Assembly (NCBI GenBank): GCA_018715325.1
Contig: DVLV01000098.1
Span: 2,189-66,188 of the forward strand
Direction: 5' to 3'
DNA from: Candidatus Stercorousia faecigallinarum
Lineage (GTDB): Bacteria; Cyanobacteriota; Vampirovibrionia; Gastranaerophilales; Gastranaerophilaceae
Length of the DNA stretch: 64,000 nt
How positions within the stretch are numbered: the stretch's first letter is position 1; every line of letters begins with the position of its first letter. The notes below the pieces were generated by a model that saw nothing but the letters and a program-made list of their open reading frames with translations, was not told the origin of the DNA and did not search any database. Shown here one piece after another: positions 1-6,693 of the stretch. Made by a program: the position numbers and the translations under genes.

Positions 1-70
1 ATTATAGAAACTACGATTAATATGTAAAATATGTAATTCATAGGAAGATTATAGCATAAATTTTGTTTTT

Positions 71-778
71 TTAATTATGCATACTCTTCCACATTTCTAA
101 TGATGATACACCGCCTTTTTCATAAGAATTTATCCCGCATCCGCTAGGTAGTAATTTATAATTGTTTCCGTCTTTAGAAAAGCTCAGTTTAAATAAATCA
201 TGCCCCCATTTATTAGGTCCTTTTTGTCCGTTAACATCTATAAGCATTGAAATCGGTACAGTATCTTTAAGATAAGAGATTACAATTGAACCGTCATTTA
301 GGACATAAACAAGATTATTATTATTTATGCTATTCTTGTTTAAGCCTGCGCAGTTCTTGTTATTATTTTCAAGTTCATCTTCGGTATAATCAGGCTTATC
401 AGTTATCAGCGTGTCCAGACCTTTATATTGATCTTGCTGTAAACAGCCGTTATCTGCGGCTTTTGTGGTACATATTTTCCCTATTTTAAGATTATTTTCT
501 ACGGCCTTTCGAAAATCTTTGCACGAATTTGTGTTCCCCCATTCTCCCTGTACACCTGTCACCAGGTCTGTATGGTAACAATCAGTTACACCTCCTACAT
601 CATATACAGATTTATTATAAGCCTGGTATAATGTGGAGTAGAGTTTTTTATACTGGTTTTTCAATACCATTTTTTTATGGTTGCTTATTAATGCCGGCAT
701 TGTCATTGCGGCTACAACTCCTATAATGCCGAGTGTGATTAAGACCTCTGCAAGAGTAAATCCTTTATCAATTGTCAT
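71..778 (-). CDS. prepilin-type N-terminal cleavage/methylation-domain protein (pilin-like paralogue 1)
   Basis: ORF 71..826. The internal ATG at 778 gives MTIDKG|FTLAEVLITLGIIGVVAAMTMP, which is a class III signal plus hydrophobic helix. The C-terminal motif IDVNGQKGPNKWGHDLF is shared with the other paralogues. GGAGG lies just upstream of the ATG. Confidence 0.8.
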   Translation of the reverse strand: MTIDKGFTLAEVLITLGIIGVVAAMTMPALISNHKKMVLKNQYKKLYSTLYQAYNKSVYDVGGVTDCYHTDLVTGVQGEWGNTNSCKDFRKAVENNLKIGKICTTKAADNGCLQQDQYKGLDTLITDKPDYTEDELENNNKNCAGLNKNSINNNNLVYVLNDGSIVISYLKDTVPISMLIDVNGQKGPNKWGHDLFKLSFSKDGNNYKLLPSGCGINSYEKGGVSSLEMWKSMHN

Positions 779-903
779 ATGACCTCCATTGCATATATAT
801 ATTATATTATATGGTGTATATAGCATAAAGTCAATTATATAATGATAATTTTAGCATGTTTTTTTATTCTAAATCCTAGTATCCTCTATTAAAAGGAGCT
901 CTT

Positions 904-1224
904 ATGAACAGAAAACTTTTCGGACAAAAACTTAAAAATTTAAGAAAATTGCATAACTTTACACAGGAAAAAATGTCGGAATTAATTGATATTGATGTTC
1001 GTCAAGTTGCAAGGATTGAGGCGGGTGAAAGTCTGCCATCCGTAGTAACTCTACAGAGAATGGCAAAAATACTTGCTGTTACTCCAAATGATTTACTGAA
1101 TTTTGAGAATGATGAAGCAAACACCATAAAAACATCTTTAAAATCTGACATAAATGACATTTTATCTCTGGCAAAAGAAGAGCAATTAATCTTAATTAAA
1201 AAATTAATCCTTGCTGTTTTATAG
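904..1224 (+). CDS. XRE-family helix-turn-helix transcriptional regulator
   Basis: LKNLRKLHNFTQEKMSELIDIDVRQVARIEAGES is a typical Cro/C1-type HTH. SD AAAGGAG lies upstream. The gene is divergent from the pilin-like gene 71..778. Confidence 0.8.
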   Translation: MNRKLFGQKLKNLRKLHNFTQEKMSELIDIDVRQVARIEAGESLPSVVTLQRMAKILAVTPNDLLNFENDEANTIKTSLKSDINDILSLAKEEQLILIKKLILAVL

Positions 1225-1225
1225 A

Positions 1226-1882
1226 TTAATGTCTGTGGTGTCTGTGATGCGGCGGTGGAGGCGGGACATCATGTCTGTGATGGTGATGCGGCGGCGGGGG
1301 CGGATACATAATTCCCGGAAGTGTGAATAATTTTATAAAATCTGAAACTTGTTTTGCTTCCATATAATCATTCATAATAGCTTTATATTCATTATAATTT
1401 ATAGTATTTGGATTTGAGTCTTCTTCATTGTAAGCTTCCGAAAGGGCGTTAAATTTTGCACTTGTTTGTTGTTCTTGTGCAGGGGTAAACGGATAATATA
1501 TGTTGTATCTGTTCCAATTTTTTCGTTCTGTTCTTACTACTTCATTAGCTGATATTGCTCCGTTTTCATTAGTATCGAGTTCATTGAAAACTTCGCGCAT
1601 AGATTTATTATAATCAACATTTCCGTTGTCGCCTACTATGAAGCAATTCGGTACCGGATTAAGATTTAACGTATTCGGTGTTGGTAATGGCGGTACCGTT
1701 ATGTAGGTCGGCGGATATATAGGAGGATAAAATATTTGTGCGTCAGCTTCCTCGGCGGGGACAACAGATGCTAAAGCTATAGCTGCTGCTCCTGCTGCAT
1801 TTTTTAACCTGTTTGTTTTGTTAGAACCTTCTCCGTTAAAATGCGGATTTGTTTGATAACTCTTAATTGCTGAAATTCTCAT
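1226..1882 (-). CDS. EF-hand calcium-binding-motif protein with Pro/His-rich C-terminal tail
   Basis: Canonical EF-hand loop DTNENGAISANE. Hydrophobic segment AAGAAAIALASVV near the N-terminus. C-terminus is PPPPPHHHHRHDVPPPPPHHRHHRH. SD AAGGGG lies before the ATG at 1882. Confidence 0.6.
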   Translation of the reverse strand: MRISAIKSYQTNPHFNGEGSNKTNRLKNAAGAAAIALASVVPAEEADAQIFYPPIYPPTYITVPPLPTPNTLNLNPVPNCFIVGDNGNVDYNKSMREVFNELDTNENGAISANEVVRTERKNWNRYNIYYPFTPAQEQQTSAKFNALSEAYNEEDSNPNTINYNEYKAIMNDYMEAKQVSDFIKLFTLPGIMYPPPPPHHHHRHDVPPPPPHHRHHRH

Positions 1883-1963
1883 ATATACCCCTTATATTTA
1901 GACCACATAATTATAATATGCAATAAAAAATTTTTTTGTTTATTCATTAAGAAATTTTTACAA

Positions 1964-2764
1964 TTATCTGTGATATACTTCTCCTAAAAAATCATTCCAA
2001 TAATCTTTTCCTTTCTTAGTTGGGTGAGTATTGGTTAGTGCATAGTAAGCACAAGATGTATTTTGGGAAATATTAGTACTTGTTGTTGAACAATATTGTG
2101 AACCTATATTATTAAAGTTTCCACAAATGCCGCTGCCGCTGGTACATGATGAAGGGTTATTTTTATGCTCTTGTCCTACAGGTAAAACTTTGCCATCTAC
2201 CGTGAATATAAACATAAAGTAATCAACACCATAGCGATTGGGGCGTTTTTTACCGTTTATATCAACACAAATCACAGGACCATTTTCACCCGGTCTGGGG
2301 GCATCATTTAAAATTAATATTGCACCTGACTGGTTATTTCTAAAACCTGTATTATCGCATAAAAAAGAGGAATTTGCTCCTGAACTGTTTCCGCCGCCAG
2401 AATAATTTTTGCCGTTCAAGTAATGTATGTCATAAAAAGCAATAAAATTGCCGTCATCGTCCATTGAACCTTGTCCGGAAGATGTTAAAGCCGTTGCGCC
2501 TTTATAATAACTGAAAATTAAATTTGCATCCGATGCTGAAATTCCGTTGTTCTCACTCGCTGTGTACTCGGGAATTGTAACACCTTTTTCTGCAGCAAAT
2601 AATAGTGCTAATTGGCTTAGTTCAGAATAAGTTTTTAAAAAAGCTGTTTGAAGTTCTTTGTTTTGAGTTTTATTAAATAGTACGGGCATTGTCATTGCTG
2701 CGACTACTCCGATAATTCCGAGAGTTATCAAAATTTCTGCGAGTGTAAAACCGTTCCTTTTCAT
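1964..2764 (-). CDS. prepilin-type N-terminal cleavage/methylation-domain protein (pilin-like paralogue 2)
   Basis: MKRNG|FTLAEILITLGIIGVVAAMTMP. Motif VDINGKKRPNRYGVDYFMF. SD AAGGAG lies upstream. Confidence 0.85.
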   Translation of the reverse strand: MKRNGFTLAEILITLGIIGVVAAMTMPVLFNKTQNKELQTAFLKTYSELSQLALLFAAEKGVTIPEYTASENNGISASDANLIFSYYKGATALTSSGQGSMDDDGNFIAFYDIHYLNGKNYSGGGNSSGANSSFLCDNTGFRNNQSGAILILNDAPRPGENGPVICVDINGKKRPNRYGVDYFMFIFTVDGKVLPVGQEHKNNPSSCTSGSGICGNFNNIGSQYCSTTSTNISQNTSCAYYALTNTHPTKKGKDYWNDFLGEVYHR

Positions 2765-2783
2765 GTTTTCTCCTTTATAAATA

Positions 2784-2819
2784 CACTATTATAATACTGT
2801 ATATACTATTATAATAGTG
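2784..2819. promoter_or_regulatory. candidate operator: inverted repeat CACTATTATAATA-N10-TATTATAATAGTG in the pilin/XRE divergent intergenic region
   Basis: Perfect 13-nt inverted repeat read directly at 2784-2796 and 2807-2819. It lies between divergent genes 1964..2764(-) and 2855..3076(+). Confidence 0.45.
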
Positions 2820-2854
2820 TAGAAGGAACATTGTCAATAGTATAAAATTTTATT

Positions 2855-3076
2855 ATGACAGATTATAAAAATGTTCTTAGAAAAATCGGCTTAAATTTCA
2901 GGGTAGAAAGAACCAAAAAACGCCTGTCTCAGGAACAATTTGCCGAATTGGCAAATGTTCATACAAATTACATAGGAAAAGTCGAAAGAGGTGAACAGAA
3001 TTTAACTGTCAGAAAAATAGTTGAACTTACAAATGCTCTTGAGTTAACGGTTGATAAAATTTTAAATATTAGTTAA
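2855..3076 (+). CDS. XRE-family helix-turn-helix transcriptional regulator
   Basis: RLSQEQFAELANVHTNYIGKVERGEQN HTH. Divergent from pilin-like gene 1964..2764. No SD; a TAAAAT -10-like hexamer ends 6 nt before the ATG. Confidence 0.85.
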   Translation: MTDYKNVLRKIGLNFRVERTKKRLSQEQFAELANVHTNYIGKVERGEQNLTVRKIVELTNALELTVDKILNIS

Positions 3077-3129
3077 CAGCACTTGCGTAAAAAATTTTTT
3101 TCTTATAGAATATTTTCCAGAGAATTATT

Positions 3130-3219
3130 ATGAACAATATTACAAACGCAATGATGATGAATATGATGATGATGCAAAGTTCCGATTACGGCAGTTTGTA
3201 TTTTTTGTTGCGAATGTGA
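3130..3219 (+). CDS. 29-codon Met-run mini-ORF (candidate leader peptide) MNNITNAMMMNMMMMQSSDYGSLYFLLRM
   Basis: Hand-translated; too short for the ORF track. Seven of nine consecutive codons (3151-3174) are ATG. A terminator follows. The SD is weak (AGAGA). Confidence 0.3.
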   Translation: MNNITNAMMMNMMMMQSSDYGSLYFLLRM

Positions 3220-3242
3220 TACTTTCAAATAAAAAATTTTAG

Positions 3243-3272
3243 AACTGCCTTTTTAAAAAAGGCAGTTTTTTT
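3243..3272 (+). terminator. rho-independent terminator (AACTGCCTTTTT/AAAAAGGCAGTT stem plus T7)
   Basis: Near-perfect palindrome followed by a run of 7 T. It lies 27 nt upstream of the ATG at 3299. Confidence 0.6.
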
Positions 3273-3298
3273 GTTTAGCGTTATTTGAAAGGATTGTC

Positions 3299-4603
3299 AT
3301 GATTAATAAAGTTAATAATTTTGAGCAAAATAATTTATATAAAAATTTAAAAAAATCGGTTAAACCTCTTGATAAATTTATCCAGTCACAGGAAAATTTA
3401 TCTCATACAAGATTTATTCAAGATACTGTTACTAACTGGGTTCCTAAAGCTTTGTTTGCCAGAAGTATTGCAGATTTTGGCGATATGAGCTTTTTGGAAT
3501 TTTTGGAATCCGGTATTTTTTATTTCGCACCTCCATTGATAGGTGAATTTCTTTTGAGAAGAAAAATGCTTCCGAAAATTGTCCCTGATAAAATTACAAA
3601 AAATCCCCATTTAACGGATTCGCTTGAAAATATTTTAAATAATAAGGGATTGCAAAAAGGCGGGATTAATAAAAAAATTATTGCAGCAAAAACAGCACTC
3701 GTTGTCGGTTGTACATGTGTTCCTGTTGCGGAATATATGCTTAGTTTTGCAAAAAATCTTTTTACTTTGAAAGTTTTTAAAAAAAGCAATTTTGATAATA
3801 TAGCTAATCTTGACAAAACAAATAAAGAAGATGCTGAACAACAGAAAAGAGTTGAAAGAAATGCAAAGAAAAATTTGAAAAAAGGCGCCCTGCTTTCTCT
3901 CGGCGGTTTTGCCGCCGCTGCTGTTATAGCTGCTTACGGGCATAAATCAGATATTGCTCAGAAATTATTTAAAACGATTTTGGAACCTGCTGATTTGGTT
4001 ACAAAAGTTTTTCCGAAAATTAAAGGTTCTAAATTTGATAAATTTTTGCATGAATATACAAAACTTGATTTTGACAGTAAAGACGGGAAACTTGTATTAA
4101 GCAAAGGTCAGCTGGCTTTAACTGCAATCAGCGGGCTGTTTGGATACAGTGAAGCTGCTAAAGACAGAGGAAAACTTGATTTTCTTGAAGTGTGGACACG
4201 TGTTCCTCTTGTTGTTTTCTATACAATTTTCGGGAGTTCAATTTTTGATTATGCGTTTAAAAAATATCTTATAAGAAATAATAAATTCCCTGATTTAATT
4301 CAAAAAACTTCATCCGGAGATATGCACATACCTTCTCGAAAAGAATTACCTGATATTGCACAGAGAATTGCTAAAAACAAAAATCTTAACCCGCAGGACG
4401 TAATGAACAGATTAGTTAAGGAAAAAGCTGTTGTTACTGCTGTTCCTTATGCTTTTGCCTTGCTATTTATGGGCTTTTCTCTTGCTGCTATTACAAGATT
4501 GTGGACACAGGTCAGATATAACCAACAAACAAAAAAGTATGCAGGAAAAGCACAACCATTTGTAAAACCGTCTTTTACAGCGTTTTATAATAAAAAAGTA
4601 TAA
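3299..4603 (+). CDS. hypothetical membrane protein
   Basis: 434-aa ORF with several hydrophobic segments (for example GALLSLGGFAAAAVIAAYG and AVPYAFALLFMGFSLAAI). Loose N- and C-terminal resemblance to ORF 9991..11562. Confidence 0.6.
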   Translation: MINKVNNFEQNNLYKNLKKSVKPLDKFIQSQENLSHTRFIQDTVTNWVPKALFARSIADFGDMSFLEFLESGIFYFAPPLIGEFLLRRKMLPKIVPDKITKNPHLTDSLENILNNKGLQKGGINKKIIAAKTALVVGCTCVPVAEYMLSFAKNLFTLKVFKKSNFDNIANLDKTNKEDAEQQKRVERNAKKNLKKGALLSLGGFAAAAVIAAYGHKSDIAQKLFKTILEPADLVTKVFPKIKGSKFDKFLHEYTKLDFDSKDGKLVLSKGQLALTAISGLFGYSEAAKDRGKLDFLEVWTRVPLVVFYTIFGSSIFDYAFKKYLIRNNKFPDLIQKTSSGDMHIPSRKELPDIAQRIAKNKNLNPQDVMNRLVKEKAVVTAVPYAFALLFMGFSLAAITRLWTQVRYNQQTKKYAGKAQPFVKPSFTAFYNKKV

Positions 4604-4677
4604 ATGTTTATTTTTATAACAATTTATAAAGTTTTGTAAATATGTTCAAAACCCTTGAAAAATAAGCGATAATACCT

Positions 4678-4710
4678 CATAGCATAGCATAGCATAGCAT
4701 GCGAGGCGAG
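4678..4710. repeat. simple repeats: (CATAG)x4 followed by (GCGAG)x2
   Basis: Read directly as catagcatagcatagcatagcat gcgaggcgag. Flanked by the inverted 7-mers ATACCTC (4672-4678) and GAGGTAT (4708-4714). Confidence 0.8.
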
Positions 4711-4784
4711 GTATACTTTTCCTGAAATCACCCCTTTTTTCTTTTGTTTATATATTTAATAAGACAAAATAAGAGAGGCAATTT

Positions 4785-6635
4785 ATGGGTGAATTCGGAT
4801 CAATAACCACCAAGTATTATATTAGTACGGATAAGTACGGAAAAAAAAATAATGTTAGAAATAATTTAAAAACTAAAACTGATATTCGTATGACTAAGGA
4901 TGGGTCGGTTATGTCAAAAAAAGTATCAAACGGAGTGCCTAAACAAACTTCTCAAACAAAAAATGTTTCATTTGCTGACATTGTTGATGCTATGGGGATT
5001 TTAAATAAATCTTTAAACTCAATTACTTCCCAAAAAGCTAATTCGTCAGGTACTTCTTCTGTTTCAACTCCAGCGGCTTCAAATTCTTTCAACCGGGAAA
5101 CGGCTGCGTCAATTCCTGATAACGGAGTTTCTTATTCAGGTCTTGCACAAAATGTTAGTGCCGATAACAGTTCAACAAATGATTATGATTTTAGTGCGCT
5201 TAACAAGATGGATAGAACCATAAGCAGCAGTAATAAACTTTCTATAAATGAACTTAACGATATGAAAAATGAATTATCTGCATCTTCTGTTGATGTCGGC
5301 AGCCGTTTATCATCAGCAGAAGCTGATTTTAGCAATATTCGCAGCCAAAAGCTTACTGCCGAGGCTAACGCTGCAAGGCTTGAAAGTGCTGTAGGGAATG
5401 CCAAAACAACACAAGAAAATGCCAAAAATACATTAGATAATAATACGAGTAATTTAAATTCATCTATCAAAGCTCGTGATACACTTGATGAACAGTTAAG
5501 TTCCGTTAATGAACAGTATGAAAAGGATTGTGAACAGGTAAAAACTCAAGAACAAAATAAAACTTCAGCCCAACAGGAAGTATCATCTGCTAAGACATCA
5601 AAAAGCAATGCTCAGGCTGCAGTATCAGCAGCTGCTCAGTCTTTACAAGCGGCTGAAACAAATCTTGCAGGAACCCCAAAAACTCTTGATAACGGGCAGC
5701 CAAATCCTGCGTATGAAACAGCCAGAGCAGCTGTTGAAAAAGCAAAAGCGGAAAAACAACAGGCTGATGAAGTCTTTCAACAGGCTGAAAAGGATTTGGA
5801 CAGTGCACAGCAAAAACTGGATAATATTGAAACCAGCCTTGAAAAAGCTCAAGAAACAAAACGTAATACTCTGCAGTCTTTACAAAAGACAGACTCAAAA
5901 TATAAGGATATGGCACAAAAATGTGAAAAAATGCAGGATACTGTTGAACAAAATCAGGAAGCTTACGACACATCACTGGAAACATTCGATGATACAAATG
6001 CGAATTACCAGCGTCTTAACGCAGAGCTTGAGGCCCAACAAGGCTTGCTAAATCAATTTGAAGTTTATCAAAATAAAGTTGATAATTACAAAAATGCATC
6101 AGATAAGATAAAAGCACTAAATGCAAAAATTGATGAAAAATTGAAGGCTAAAGAAAACATGACAAATACAATGCTTGAAAAAGCTGATTCATCTGAGGGA
6201 TGTTCTGCTGCAAAAACCCCTGCCGAAAATTTTCTATCAATGAAAGACGGTCCGGCAAAATTAAATAATTTTGCATATACGGGCAAGATGGTAAATACTC
6301 CAAACGGTTCCTTTGTAGATGAATCTCAAATGAAAGCTCTTCAGGGAAAAGATGTAATTAAAGAAGATGCTTCATTCTTTGAAAAATCAGGATGTATTGC
6401 TAACGCTGACGGTTCTTATACAAATTCTGAAAACGGCTGGACATGGATTAACCTGAAAGATAATACCTGGGTTCGTACAGATTGTATAGCTGACAATGCA
6501 GAGTATAGAGATATTGCTAAAGCTAAATATCCTGATGTATTTGAGGCTTCACAAAGAGCAAAAGAGCAAGAGGCTGATTACGGAATTCAAGGATGGGTTC
6601 CAAACAGTAATTTGAATAAGTTTAGAAAATATTAG
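4785..6635 (+). CDS. hypothetical coiled-coil protein (Ser/Thr-rich N-terminus, long Q/A/E/K-rich helical centre)
   Basis: 616-aa ORF with SD AGAGAGG upstream. The composition is typical of extended coiled coil. No recognisable catalytic motif. Confidence 0.6.
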   Translation: MGEFGSITTKYYISTDKYGKKNNVRNNLKTKTDIRMTKDGSVMSKKVSNGVPKQTSQTKNVSFADIVDAMGILNKSLNSITSQKANSSGTSSVSTPAASNSFNRETAASIPDNGVSYSGLAQNVSADNSSTNDYDFSALNKMDRTISSSNKLSINELNDMKNELSASSVDVGSRLSSAEADFSNIRSQKLTAEANAARLESAVGNAKTTQENAKNTLDNNTSNLNSSIKARDTLDEQLSSVNEQYEKDCEQVKTQEQNKTSAQQEVSSAKTSKSNAQAAVSAAAQSLQAAETNLAGTPKTLDNGQPNPAYETARAAVEKAKAEKQQADEVFQQAEKDLDSAQQKLDNIETSLEKAQETKRNTLQSLQKTDSKYKDMAQKCEKMQDTVEQNQEAYDTSLETFDDTNANYQRLNAELEAQQGLLNQFEVYQNKVDNYKNASDKIKALNAKIDEKLKAKENMTNTMLEKADSSEGCSAAKTPAENFLSMKDGPAKLNNFAYTGKMVNTPNGSFVDESQMKALQGKDVIKEDASFFEKSGCIANADGSYTNSENGWTWINLKDNTWVRTDCIADNAEYRDIAKAKYPDVFEASQRAKEQEADYGIQGWVPNSNLNKFRKY

Positions 6636-6645
6636 ACAATAAAAA

Positions 6646-6671
6646 GCACCTTTTATTAAAGGTGCTTTTTT
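6646..6671. terminator. bidirectional rho-independent terminator
   Basis: GCACCTTT-tatt-AAAGGTGC stem flanked by an A-run and a T6. It lies between convergent genes ending at 6635(+) and 6694(-). Confidence 0.7.
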
Positions 6672-6693
6672 GCTTATGGAATTTTAAAAATGA

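Noticed and set aside
286-726. Plus-strand ORFs 286..489 and 529..726 from the track
   Set aside because: They are nested antisense within the well-supported pilin-like gene 71..778, have low-complexity translations and lack an SD. They are shadow ORFs.
3151-3174. The (ATG)n stretch as a neutral trinucleotide microsatellite rather than coding sequence
   Set aside because: This is not fully rejected. I kept it as a leader-peptide candidate because it lies in an ORF with a stop, is interrupted in frame (AAT), and is followed by competing terminator/antiterminator pairings. The weak SD keeps confidence low.
3398-3943. Three minus-strand ORFs (3398..3610, 3520..3816, 3635..3943)
   Set aside because: They overlap each other and lie antisense to the 434-aa ORF 3299..4603. 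This is typical of AT-rich shadow frames.
4678-4710. Possible CRISPR-like or minisatellite array
   Set aside because: The units are only 5 nt, have no spacers and span only 33 nt. This is a simple sequence repeat, not a CRISPR array.
5183-6286. Alternative-frame and antisense ORFs inside the coiled-coil gene (5183..5470, 5590..5997, 5608..6051, 5643..5852, 6086..6286)
   Set aside because: They arise from the repetitive Q/A/E/K codon composition of the 616-aa ORF. None has independent start signals.
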